From Macrostomum lignano (taxonomy: Eukaryota): a DNA stretch of 64,000 nucleotides. The notes beneath the pieces are model-generated. The model was not told where the DNA came from. It did not search any database and saw nothing but the letters and a program-made list of their open reading frames with translations. The DNA lies in assembly GCA_002269645.1 (NCBI GenBank), contig NIVC01001045.1:1-64000 (forward strand). Reading direction: 5' to 3'. Below are positions 35,886-49,112 of this stretch, one piece after another. The position numbers and the translations under genes are program-made. Every line of letters starts with the position of its first letter. The first letter of the stretch is position 1.

Positions 35886-36052
35886 CACTGAGCACAAACG
35901 GAACTCCCGAGCAGTGTTCCAATGCCCATCGAATCCCATGCAGGTTCTTATAAGTCGGATTGTGGTAATGATCTTTAAAATTTGTCACCACCAAATCGCC
36001 GAACTCGTCGCTCTGCTTGTTAAAGTCGTCGATTTTCGTCCTGATCGGCGGA
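35886..36052 (-). pseudogene. Orphan exon of a beta-1,3-galactosyltransferase (GT31 family)
   Basis: After acceptor CCTTGCAG: SADQDENRRL, then a one-base frameshift to KQSDEFGDLVVTNFKDHYHNPTYKNLHGIRWALEHCSGVPFVL (GT31 D-x-Y-x-N-L-T-x-K motif with L>P). No DxD motif and no flanking exons found. Confidence 0.7.
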
Positions 36053-36059
36053 CTGCAAG

Positions 36060-37975
36060 GGGGTGCCAAAGCTACTGCAGGTGGCGCCAAAGCTACTGCA
36101 GGGGGCGCCAAAGTTACTGCAGGTGGTGCCAAAGCTACTGCAGGTGGCGCCAAAGCTACTGTAGGTGGCGCCAAAGCTACTGTAGGTGGCGCCAAAGCTA
36201 CTGCAGGGGGCGCCAAAGCTACTGCAGGGGGCGCCAAAGCTACTGCAGGGGTGCCAAAGGCGCCAAATACTGCAGGGGGTGCCAAAGGCGCCAAATACTG
36301 CAGGGGGTGCCAAAGGCGCCAAATACTGCAGGGGGTGCCAAAGGCGTCAAATACTGCAGGGGGTGCCAAAGGCGCCAAATACTGCAGGGGGTGCCAAAGG
36401 CGCCAAATACTGCAGGGGGTGCCAAAGGCGCCAAATACTGCAGGGGGCGCCAAAGCTACTGCAGGGGGTGCCAAAGGCGCCAAATACTGCAGGGGGTGCC
36501 AAAGGCGCCAAATACTGCAGGGGGTGCCAAAGGCGCCAAATACTGCAGGGGGTGCCAAAGGCGCCAAATACTGCAGGGGGTGCCAAAGGCGCAAAATACT
36601 GCAGGGGGTGCCAAAGGCGCCAAATACTGCAGGGGGTGCCAAAGGCGCCAAATACTGCAGGGGGTGCCAAAGGCGTCAAATACTGCAGGGGTGCCAATGC
36701 TACTGCAGGGGGTGCCAAAGCTACTGCAGGTGGCGCCAAAGCTACTGCAGGGGGCGCCAAAGCTACTGCAGTAGCTTTGGCACCCCCTGCAGTATTTGGC
36801 GCCTTTGGCACCCCCTGCAGTATTTGGCGCCTTTGGCACCCCCTGCAGTAGCTTTTGCACCCCCTGCAGTAGCTTTGGCACCCCCTGCAGTAGCTTTGGC
36901 ACCCCTGCAGTAGCTTTGGCGCCCCCTGCAGTAGCTTTGGCGCCACCTGCAGTAGCTTTGGCACCACCTGCAGTAGCTTTGGCGCCCCCTGCAGTAGCTT
37001 TGGCACCCCCTGCAGTAGCTTTGGCACCCCCTGCAGTAGCTTTGGCGCCACCTGCAGTAGCTTTGGCACCCCCTGCAGTAGCTTTGGCACCCCCTGCAGT
37101 AGCTTTGGCGCCCCCTGCAGTAGCTTTGGCGCCACCTGCAGTAGCTTTGGCACCACCTGCAGTAGCTTTGGCGCCCCCTGCAGTAGCTTTGGCGCCCCCT
37201 GCAGTAGCTTTGGCACCCCTGCAGTAGCTTTGGCACCCCCTGCAGTAGCTTTGGCACCCCCTGCAGTAGCTTTGGCGCCACCTGCAGTAGCTTTGGCACC
37301 CCCTGCAGTAGCTTTGGCGCCCCCTGCAGTAGCTTTGGCACCCCCTGCAGTAGCTTTGGCACCCCTGCAGTAGCTTTGGCGCCCCCTGCAGTAGCTTTGG
37401 CACCCCCTGCAGTAGCTTTGGCGCCACCTGCAGTAGCTTTGGCACCCCCTGCAGTAGCTTTGGCGCCCCCTGCAGTAGCTACTGCAGGGGGTGCCAAAGG
37501 CGCCAAATACTGCAGGGGGTGCCAAAGGCGCCAAATACTGCAGGGGGTGCCAAAGCTACTGCAGGGGGTGCCAAAGCTACTGCAGGTGGCGCCAAAGCTA
37601 CTGCAGGGGGCGCCAAAGCTACTGCAGGTGGCGCCAAAGCTACTGCAGGGGGCGCCAAAGCTACTGCAGGGGGCGCCAAAGCTACTGCAGGGGGCGCCAA
37701 AGCTACTGCAGGGGGCGCCAAAGCTACTGCAGGGGGCGCCAAAGCTACTGCAGGGGGCGCCAAAGCTACTGCAGGGGGCGCCAAAGCTACTGCAGGGGGC
37801 GCCAAAGCTACTGCAGGGGGCGCCAAAGCTACTGCAGGGGGCGCCAAAGCTACTGCAGGGGGCGCCAAAGCTACTGCAGGTGGCGCCAAAGCTACTGCAG
37901 GGGGCGCCAAAGCTACTGCAGGGGGCGCCAAAGCTACTGCAGGGGGCGCCAAAGCTACTGCAGGTGGTGCATATG
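36060..37975. repeat. 21/30-bp minisatellite (GCTACTGCAGGGGGCGCCAAA) with an inverted central block at 36769-37478
   Basis: Orientation flips at perfect palindromes centred on 36768/9 and 37478/9. Confidence 0.95.
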
Positions 37976-38049
37976 CTTTTGCCAACTGATTAGGGGTGGG
38001 TTAGGGTTAAGCCTAACAGAAGGCTGACTGTGGGTCGACAGGCGCACTG

Positions 38050-38325
38050 ATTTGCAAAGGGCTCCACTTGCATGCTGCCCCAATTCAGAAGCAGGTCGCG
38101 AGCTGGGGCGTGCAGCAGGAGCGGCGCCGCAGTGACGCCAGCCAGTTCCCCTCAGTGCGGCCCTGGGCTGGCATCCACTCGGCCGGCCAGAGCGAGGCCG
38201 TCTTCCCGGACAGTGCTGGTCGCCGAGGCCAAGCAGTGGCTTTCGAACTCGCGAATGTCCAAGACTGGACGGCCCGGTGGCCCGACCTAAACCCGATTGA
38301 GAACGCTTGGGCGCTGCTATAGGCG
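38050..38325 (+). pseudogene. Tc1/IS630-type DDE transposase relic
   Basis: FPSVRPWAGI (cf. SVMVWAGI) and DWTARWPDLNPIENAWALL (cf. WPARSPDLNPIENxW); internally deleted. Confidence 0.75.
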
Positions 38326-38357
38326 AGGAAGGCGTGGAGGCGAGGCTGGTGGGGAGC

Positions 38358-40166
38358 ATGCCTGGGATCTGGGATCAGCATGGGATTTGGGGTCAGCATG
38401 GGATCTGGGGTCAGCATGGGATCTGGGATCAGCATGGGATCTGGGGTCAGCATGGGATCTGGGGTCAGCATGGGATCTGGGGTCAGCATGGGATCTGGGA
38501 TCAGCATGGGATCTGAGATCAGCATGGGATCTGGGATCAGCATGGGATCTGGGGTCAGCATGGGATCTGGGGTCAGCATGGGATCTGGGGTCAGCATGGG
38601 ATCTGGGGTCAGCATGGGATCTGGGGTCAGCATGGGATCTGGGGTCAGCATGGGATCTGGGGTCAGCATGGGATCTGGGGTCAGCATGGGATCTGAGATC
38701 TGAGATCAGCATGGGATCTGGAACCAGCATGGGATCTGGAACCAGCATGGGATCTGGGGTCAGCATGGGATCTGAGATCAGCATGGGATCTGGGATCAGC
38801 ATGGGATCTGAGATCAGCATGGGATCTGGAACCAGCATGGGATCTGAGATCAGCATGGGATCTGGGATCAGCATGGGATCTGGGATCAGCATGGGATCTG
38901 GGGTCAGCATGGGATCTGGGGTCAGCATGGGATCTGGGGTCAGCATGGGATCTGAGATCAGCATGGGATCTGGGATCAGCATGGGATCTGAGATCAGCAT
39001 GGGATCTGAGATCAGCATGGGATCTGAGATCAGCATGGGATCTGGGATCAGCATGGGATCTGGGATCAGCATGGGATCTGGGATCAGCATGGGATCTGAA
39101 ATCAGCATGGGATCTGAGATCAGCATGGGATCTGCGACCAGCATGGGATCTGGAACCAGCATGGGATCTGGAACCAGCATGGGATCTGGGATCAGCATGG
39201 GATCTGAGATCAGCATGGGATCTGGGATCAGCATGGGATCTGGGATCAGCATGGGATCTGGGGTCAGCATGGGATCTGGGGTCAGCATGGGATCGGGGGT
39301 CAGCATGGGATCTGAGATCTGAGATCAGCATGGGATCTGGAACCAGCATGGGATCTGGAACCAGCATGGGATCTGGAACCAGCATGGGATCTGGAACCAG
39401 CATGGGATCTGGAACCAGCATGGGATCTGGAACCAGCATGGGATCTGAGATCAGCATGGGATCTGGGATCAGCATGGGATCTGGGGTCAGCATGGGATCT
39501 GGGGTCAGCATGGGATCTGGGGTCAGCATGGGATCTGAGATCAGCATGGGATCTGGGATCAGCATGGGATCTGGGACCAGCATGGGATCTGGAACCAGCA
39601 TGGGATCTGGAACCAGCATGGGATCTGGAACCAGCATGGGATCTGGAACCAGCATGGGATCTGGAACCAGCATGGGATCTGGGATCAGCATGGGATCTGA
39701 GATCAGCATGGGATCTGGGATCAGCATGGGATCTGGGATCAGCATGTGATCTGGGATCAGCATGGGATCTGGAACCAGCATGGGATCTGGAACCAGCATG
39801 GGATCTGGGATCAGCATGGGATCTGAGATCAGCATGGGATCTGGAACCAGCATGGGATCTGGGATCAGCATGGGATCTGGAACCAGCATGGGATCTGGGA
39901 TCAGCATGGGATCTGAGATCAGCATGGGATCTGGGATCAGCATGGGATCTGGGATCAGCATGTGATCTGGGATCAGCATGGGATCTGAGATCAGCATGGG
40001 ATCTGGGATCAGCATGGGATCTGGGATCAGCATGTGATCTGGGATCAGCATGGGATCTGAGATCAGCATGGGATCTGGGATCAGCATGTGATCTGGGATC
40101 AGCATGGGATCTGGGATCAGCATGTGATCTGGGATCAGCATGGGATCTGGGATCAGCATGGGATCC
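38358..40166. repeat. 18-bp minisatellite (GATCTGGGATCAGCATGG and variants), about 100 copies
   Basis: Directly visible; 6-aa periodic ORFs. Confidence 0.97.
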
Positions 40167-40470
40167 CGTAGAAAATGAGAAATTTGGGTGAGCGTGTTGA
40201 TTTTTCAAAGCTTATAGATTTTAACCCAGTTATTTAGTTTTCATTATAATATTGTAATAATTGCTAATTCAGTATTATTATTACTAGTTATAATTTAACC
40301 CTCTCAATGTTAGTCAGCAGTTCAACTTGTTAAGTCGCTGTTTACTTTTATCATATTTATTTTCTTATAGCACATTTTTAACAGAACAAAAATATAATTC
40401 GAAATACGCTACTAAATTAGTCAAATTGAGTAGTACAATGCGAAATCATCAATTATTAATAGATGCTTGA

Positions 40471-42344
40471 TTAGGCAAAATACTTGGCCGCCGCCGCGTC
40501 CATTACGCTGGCCAGACGGACGTCCCGACTGGATATGCCGCCGCAGGAGTGCGTGGTCAGCGTGACGTCAACTCGATTGTAGACGTTGAACCACTCCGGG
40601 TGGTGGTCCAGCTTCTCAGCGTTCAGGGCCGAGTTGGTCATGAAGGAAAATGCCTGGAATTGGGAGAAAATATTAATTGATTTCGGGGCTCTGCGATTGA
40701 CTGCAAGTCACATCTCACCCACAATAGAATTCAGCAAGTCACATCTCACCCACAATAGAATTCAGCAAGTCAGATCTCACCCACAATATAATTCAGCAAG
40801 TCAAATCTCACCCACAATAGAATTCAGCAAGTCAGATCTCATCCACAATAGAATTCCGCAAGTCAGATCTCACCCACAATATAATTCAGCAAGTCACATC
40901 TCACCCACAATAGAATTCAGCAAGTCACATCTCACCCACAATAGAATTCAGCAAGTCACATCTCACCCACAATAGAATTCAGCAAGTCACATCTCACCCA
41001 CAATAGAATTCAGCAAGTCAGATCTCACCCACAATAGAATTCAGCAAGTCAGATCTCACCCACAATATAATTCAGCAAGTCACATCTCACCCACAATATA
41101 ATTCAGCAAGTCAGATCTCACCCACAATAGAATTCAGCAAGTCAGATCTCACCCACAATATAATTCAGCAAGTCAGATCTCACCCACAATATAATTCAGC
41201 AAGTCAAATCTCACCCACAATAGAATTCAGCAAGTCAGATCTCACCCACAATAGAATTCAGCAAGTCACATCTCACTCACAATAGAATTCAGCAAGTCAA
41301 ATCTCACCCACAATAGAATTCAGCAAGTCACATCTCACCCACAATAGAATTCAGCAAGTCACATCTCACCCACAATAGAATTCAGCAAGTCACATCTCAC
41401 TCACAATAGAATTCAGCAAGTCAAATCTCACCCACAATAGAATTCAGCAAGTCAAATCTCACCCACAATAGAATTCAGCAAGTCAGATCTCACCCACAAT
41501 ATAATTCAGCAAGTCAAATCTCACCCACAATATAATTCAGCAAGTCAGATCTCACCCACAATATAATTCAGCAAGTCAGATCTCACCCACAATAGAATTC
41601 AGCAAGTCAAATCTCACCCACAATATAATTCAGCAAGTCAGATCTCACCCACCACAATAGAATTCAGCAAGTCAGATCTCACTCACAATAGAATTCAGCA
41701 AGTCAGATCTCACCCACAATAGAATTCAGCAAGTCACATCTCACCCACAATAGAATTCAGCAAGTCAGATCTCACCCACAATATAATTCAGCAAGTCACA
41801 TCTCACCCACAATAGAATTCAGCAAGTCACATCTCACCCACAATAGAATTCAGCAAGTCAGATCTCACCCACAATAGAATTCAGCAAGTCAAAATCTCAC
41901 CCACAATAGAATTCAGCAAGTCAGATCTCACCCACAATAGAATTCAGCAAGTCAAATCTCACCCACAATAGAATTCAGCAAGTCAGATCTCACCCACAAT
42001 AGAATTCAGCAAGTCAGATCTCACCCACAATAGAATTCAGCAAGTCAGATCTCACCCACAATAGAATTCAGCAAGTCAGATCTCATCCATTCACAATAGC
42101 ACAATCTCAGTCACGCATAAGATGTTGCTTTACAATGGTTGTATTTTGCATTTGAGAGTCACAGTAAGCTGTAGGCCTACCCTTAAGAAAATCACCCTTA
42201 GGGAAATAGCATGCATACCTGCTGAAAATCCTTGAACTTGTAACTCTTGAAGATGGCATCGCGACCATCAACCAGTTTCCAACTGCTCTGCAGTAGTGGA
42301 TCCAGCAGCTCCTGTCTCTGCTCTGGGCTCAGCTTGGAAGGACC
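40471..42344 (-). CDS. PCBD: Pterin-4-alpha-carbinolamine dehydratase (PCD/DCoH); exons 42344-42219 and 40653-40471; start-codon exon not located with confidence
   Basis: [14 protein letters not shown]...[21 protein letters not shown] | AFSFMT...[24 protein letters not shown]...D...A*, containing the catalytic HHP motif; phase-0 GT-AG intron. Confidence 0.93.
40703..42085. repeat. 31-bp minisatellite (ATCTCACCCACAATAGAATTCAGCAAGTCAG) in the PCBD intron
   Basis: Directly visible. Confidence 0.97.
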
Positions 42345-45300
42345 CTATGGTTGAAAACAACATTGCATAAAAATCTAGCAAATAAATAAAAATGCAAACA
42401 TGTTAACAGATATACCTTCTTAGTTGGGAGAGAAGTATCCATGCTAAGTAGTCGTTGTCCAACACACTGCCACAGTCTGCAAGGAAGTACAAGGCCATAG
42501 CTTGCATACAAATGTTGCATTAAGACAGTTTTTCACTCAATAATGCCTGAAATGAAAGTGATGCAATATTTTAATATGAAATTTAAACATAAAGTCACCT
42601 AAAGTACTGTCTTAATAAAATGTTTTAGATAACTGAAATATAGATAACTATTTTGCAAAAAATATTTCTTGAAAAAACAAAGGATTTATTAGATAAAAGA
42701 TTTTACTCTATATTCTTTTAATAATCAGTTTTTTACAAAGCTTACTATACTACTAAACAGCTGACCCTTTTATTCTTTGTATCTTTCTATATAAATGCAA
42801 TTAAAAAACTATAATATGGAACTCAATATATATAAAACAATTACTACAAATATAAAACAAAAAGTGAAATTAACTTTAGTTGCCATTACTTAAAGATAGA
42901 ATAATTTTTTTAAAACAATATAGTAATTATGGTATTGGTATGATGGCTATACTATAAAACATGGCTATACTATAAAACATAAAACATAAAACATGCAATG
43001 AAAAACCTAAGATCATTGTCAATGAGCAAACAAATATTGTCTTGTATAAATTTTCTTGAGAATTTCAATTCAATTGCGAGGACGAGGTCCATGTATATTA
43101 CTTAGCAGCAAATTTTATACCATTCAAATTAGTTTAACAACACTTCAAGTTTTGACATCATTTAAGAATCTTGGTCTAGGCTATCTAGCCAAGCAAGTAA
43201 TCAGCAATGAATTTTTCATTGGCAGGGTATATTATATTATATAGCTCGTATACGCCTGACGCCTACCGACTAAAATTTTAAACATTCTTGGAAAACATTG
43301 TTTTGAATAATTGTTTTTTGTAAATCGTGGCTTTGAAGTTAAAACACAGATATTATTGTTTTTAAAAAATATGTTTTTATCAACTAAAAGTAAAAGCACC
43401 AAACAAATTAGACGTGTTTATTATTAGGAAAGTTAAATTTGCATAGCACTTAAGCATTTTGAGTTTTGCTGACTTTGTTTCCTAGTCATTCAAATGAATT
43501 GCAAGAAGTTTTTTAAGGCAATTCTCTTGTCCAGTAGATGAGTGAGTACATTTAGATAAACTACCACGTTTTAGACATATCAGTTTCTTAAAACAGAAAA
43601 GAAGCAGCCTTTGAAGGCGGAGCAACGGCCAATGTCTACTTGCGCATGCTTTGAAGTTGAAGTACAAGCAGCTTATAGTACCGGTCCTGCTTACACAACC
43701 GTTGGATTAATTATCGGTCTTATCATCGGCTTCCTTTTAACTTTTATTTTAATATGGATCTTCTGTTTTAATACGAAGGTACGTTAGATCCTATTTAGAG
43801 CATAAAAATATTATGTAGTTCTTCTTGTCACTATTATTTGTAGATATATTTTGCCCCTGTCGTCGTGGGTTGGAAGCTAGAATTAGTTTTATTGAGTATG
43901 GTTTCTGATTTACTAAAATCTGTAGTCCCAATATACTAAAAATGTGATTTTTAGTGCTAAAACTGAAAAATAGTTTAAATTTAAACTCACAAAAACGACC
44001 CCAGTGAAAATTGCTTGAATTTTTTATCAAGTATGTAGACATTTGCGTGGAACCATATTCTAGGCTATTGAACTGTATCAAGATATAATTGTCAAAATCA
44101 TCCATACATACATAATGTTATCTACTGCATTAAAGCTTTTTGGTTTGGTATTTTTCACCAGATATTTGACTTGTTCTCATCCATGCAGCTCGCAGTCGCT
44201 GCTACAACACATCCCGGTGTAAAAGGTAGGCTAGGACATCTTTCGGACTCGACGGGTCCTCACGAGGGAATTGCGTCTGGTTTGGAAAAATGTCTAGTTT
44301 TTACATTAAATCACGCCAAAGGACTATATTCAGTTACTTAATGTAAAAAGTCCGTCATTCATTGTACTTCTGCGGGTCCGTTATTCGTCCGCAATGGTCC
44401 GTTTAGATCCGACTCTAAAAAATGAAAAAAATTTACCGCAGATTTCGATTAGTTTTTTGTTATAATTTTTAATTTAATTAACATTGTGTACTCCCAACTA
44501 GCACTTTGCGAAAGTGTGATTTAAGGTATATGCCAGCTGAAAAATAACCTTTTTGTAATTCTCCAATTGCATGGTTAATTACTACTTGAGATAGTAGAAA
44601 AGGTGGCAAAAATTTGTTTTCTAATTTCTTTTCAAAATTTTGTGTTTTGTGGCTTCGTTCGTGATTGCAGTCACGGGACTTTAGACGCTCTCCAGTTATT
44701 TGAAAATCATTCAATCGTTTTATGAGAATTAATATATTTACGTAGTTATTTAGGCTAATTTTTATGTTTAAATCTTTATCTACATCTTCGAATTGTGTGT
44801 CGTGTTATATGTGCCAACGGTCAGTCTGATCATGCTTTACAACTTTTGACTGTAGGGTTCTTGTGAAATTCTCTCTCACCCTTGACATGTTAGCAACCCT
44901 CCTCCCTCGTAAGCATTGACCTCTCAGCAATTCCCCCCAAGCCTTGACACCTCAGGAATGTTTTTCATGACCCTTCTTTTATGTCTGACATGACGCTTCT
45001 TTCATGTCTGACATAATGCTTATTTTATGTTTTACATGACCCTTCTTTTATTTTGTACATGACGCTTCCTGTTTGTCTGACGTGACACTCCTTTCATTTT
45101 TTATATGACGCCTTTTATGTCTGATATGATGCTTCTTTTATTTTTTACATGACGCTTCTTTTATTTTTATGTAATAGTAGGCTAGGGTACTTTTACACGC
45201 GTAAGTAGTTATTTCTTGACAAGTTAAAACTGCGCGGAAACCGAAAAAGCATTTAAAAAGTTTGCCTTACTGCACGATACATTATCGGTAATTCTATTTT

Positions 45301-45619
45301 GTTTTAATTCTGCCCATCAAAACCCTATATATACAAGTGAATTTTTGCCGCAAATACACCAGACGCGAACCGACTGAGCCGGCCACTCTCTCGCACGCAC
45401 TCTCATTTTCGTTGATAAGCCTTGCTTAGAAATATTTAAATCTTTACGAGTTTTTTTACTTTGAATCGAATAAAATCGAAAGTGCTACCAAGAATCTTAC
45501 TAATAAAGGTAATTGGGAAATTATACAAGCAAATCGTAAGAGTGACTTTGTGAACCCTCTGATCTCAGTAACGCCCAGAACTGGAAATAGTACATGTTAC
45601 CAGTAAAACCGCTCGGGCT

Positions 45620-45960
45620 AGAATACATCAGAAACGCTACCAGGATACGTCAGAAATACTGCCAGAATACATCAGAACTCAGAAACGCTCAGAATACATC
45701 AGAAACGCTCAGAATACATTAGAAACGTTACCAGAATACATCAGAAACGCTCAGAATACATTAGAAACGCTACCAGAATACATTAGAAACGCTACCAGAA
45801 TACATTAGAAACGCTACCAGAATACATTAGAAACGCTACCAGAATACATTAGAAACGCTACCAGAATACATTAGAAACGCTACCAGAATACATTAGAAAC
45901 GCTACCAGAATACATTAGAAACGCTACCAGAATACATTAGAAACGCTACCAGAATACATG
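45620..45960. repeat. 22-bp minisatellite (AGAATACATTAGAAACGCTACC)
   Basis: Directly visible. Confidence 0.93.
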
Positions 45961-46159
45961 AGAAGTAGTTAGGTCATTTCAATAGAGTAGAAGTTTACCC
46001 GGTGGCAATGGTGCGATTATAAAAGGATAGAACAAAACACCTACTACATTTATATGACGCTTATTTTATTTTTTGCATGCACACTTCTTTATGTCTGACA
46101 TGACGCTTCTTTTATGGGTTGCATGAATCTTCTTTTATGTACGACATGACAGCTTCTAG

Positions 46160-48079
46160 CCGAAGAAACTTGCCGGCTGTGGATGACACAGCGCCTCCGC
46201 GACCATCCGCAACCATCGGGGACGCCACGGCGAGACCCGTGGAGCAAAATCTGAGCGCAGTGCCTCCGAGAAGACACCTGCCACTCCAGCTGCCCAGCAG
46301 CTGAGCACCACCTCTGGAGCTGCCCGTCGTCGACTTAACAAGGCGAGGCGGGCCAAGGAGGGCGGAAGCCTAACCGGCGTCAGGGGCCAACAGCCCGCAG
46401 CAGTGAAAGCTTCCCAATCTGGGGCTGCGGCGGAAGAGGGCCCTGACCCCACTGAAGTCCCTGCCCAGGATAGGGAAGCTGATGCAGGTGGGAGGGTGGA
46501 CAGCCAACCCACCTGAAGACTCCACCGAACCCCGGGCCTCCTACGCTGAGTCGGCAGAGGCAACTGGTGGTTGTCATCCTGGGAAAGGACGTATGCCCGT
46601 CTCCCGACCAGCTGAAGCAGGTGAGCCGCACTGTTGATGGCCTCTTGTGGAAGCTCACTCTGAAGGGCACGCCTCTGAACATTCACTCGAATGCGACGAG
46701 GGACTCGTGCTGTCTTATTTGCCCCAGTGATGCTAACTCGGGACGACGGCTCCTTGAGCTGCTGCCCGAGCAGAGCTGGGACCTCAACCTAACCTTCTGC
46801 AGAGAGGACGAGTGCCCCCGGACCAAGAGGCTTCGAAGAATCTGGGTTCCGGCCAAGAGCGTCGTTACCTCTGCTGACGAGCTCCGGAAAGGACTGCTAG
46901 CAGTCAACCGAGAGCTCTCTACCGCGGGCCTAGTGATACATGACACCCTAATCTAAAGCGCACCGACGGCACCGGCTTCACATCCATCCTGGGGCTGTCG
47001 GACGCCTGGATGAGGCGCTATCCGCACGGCAGCTTCATCAACTTGCATGTACGCATCCGCTCGGCGGTCGGCGTAGGCCGACGGCGGTAAGCAGGGCGGG
47101 CGGGACGTGGAAGCGGCCGGGTCCGAGGCGGGAGCTTCTGCCCAGGCTCTCGAGGAGTGTGGTGAGCTCAACATCCTCACGGACTCGATCCTGAGCCAGA
47201 GGTATAAGGTCACTATTCAGCCTCCACACGAAAAGTCCACTTCTGAAGTCCACTGTTACACTGACGGCTCTATAAGGCATGGTCTTTCTGGCTTCGGAGC
47301 TTGCGTCTTCTTCAAGGGAGAAGTTGTGTGGAGCTACTCCCAGCACACTGGGCCCAACTCCAGTGTTTTTCAGAGCGAGGTGCTTGCCATCAGCTCCTGC
47401 GCGGCAGAGCTGCGCCGAAGGCAGCTTAGCGGTTGGAAATTTATTTTTCACTCTGACAGCCAAGCAGCCCTTCGGGCCCTCTGCCGCAGCACCACCAGCT
47501 CCAGGTCCGTCCTGGACTGCAACACCCAGCTCAACGGGCTTGCGCTAGGCAACCAGGTGGAGCTCAGATGGATCCCGGGCCACGCCGGTTTCCTCGGCAA
47601 CGAGCGCGCTGACCTGCTGGCCAAGGCTGGCTCCGCTGGCGCGCTGCTGGGGCCGGGCCCGGGAGCCCCCATCCTCGCCTCGGTGATCAACTCCCGCGTT
47701 AAGCGCTGGGCTGACTCCGAGCATCTCCGCAGGTGGCACGACACCCGGAATTGTAAGCAATCCCGTGCGGCCGTCCCCTGCCCCTCTCCTCTCCTGCGTA
47801 GAGCCCTCCTCAGGCTCAACCGCAGAGACCTCAGAGCAGTTAGCATGGCCCTCTCCGGGCATGGCTGCTTCTCTCGCCACCGCTTCCTTCAGGGCCAAGT
47901 ACCCGAGGAGCGGTGCCCCTTCTGCCCCTCAGGCAGTGAGAACGCCGAGCACTTTATCTGCCACTGCCCGTTTTCACCAGGGCCAGGCTCACTCACCTCG
48001 GGCCAAACTCGGATCTCTCCGACATTTGTATAGGCCCGAGAGCATCCTGCTGCTGGCCCGGTACCTCAGGGACACGTGA
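46160..48079 (+). mobile_element. Degenerate non-LTR retrotransposon (I/LOA-like): ORF1-like remnant joined to RNase H + C-terminal CCHC; no endonuclease or RT seen
   Basis: ORF 47107-48033 has the RNase H motifs YTDGS, FQSEV, SDSQAAL, WIPGH and GNERAD, then LSGHG and CPFC...EHFICHC. Upstream frames are interrupted; the ORF1 identity is inferred from position. Confidence 0.8.
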
Positions 48080-48239
48080 CGAGCTGAGTTCTTCCCCAAC
48101 GCCGTTGAGGAGGAAAAAGCGCTGCAGGCGAGACCTACGGGTCCCCCTGAGCGACATCACTTCGATGGAAGTCTTTGGTCGCCAGGGGCTAGCGGAATGG
48201 GCGGTATCCTCCGCCTCCTCGCTGCATCCGCCGGACGAT

Positions 48240-48588
48240 GCCCCCTGAAGCCGTCGAGGGCGCCCAGCGCCAGCTGGATCGGCTGTTAGGCGTTGCGGCG
48301 AGTGTCGGCCGGTGGTCAACACGCAGAAGACTGTCGTGTTCTGCGTGGCGGACGACATCGAGGCTGCAATTTTCTGCCGGGACGCTGACAAGCAGGTGAC
48401 GAGGCTTTCGTGTTGTCAGCAGTTTGTCTACCTCGGCGTTCTGGTGCCTGACGTTCACGAGGACTAGTGACGTCGCCGCGGACTTGCCAGGGCGGCCTTT
48501 CGTTCCGTGAGGGCTGTCCTGCAGTCCGAGGCCCTGCCTCACCGCCAGAGGGCGGCGTTGTTCCAGACGGTGATCGAGTCCGTCCTGT

Positions 48589-48590
<2 letters not shown>
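48240..48590 (+). pseudogene. Relic of the C-terminal part of a non-LTR reverse transcriptase (RTE-like)
   Basis: EGAQRQLDRLLGVAASVG / VVNTQKT...FVYLG...RRRGLARAAF...ALFQTVIESVL, with a frameshift and stops. Confidence 0.7.
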
Positions 48591-49112
<522 letters not shown>

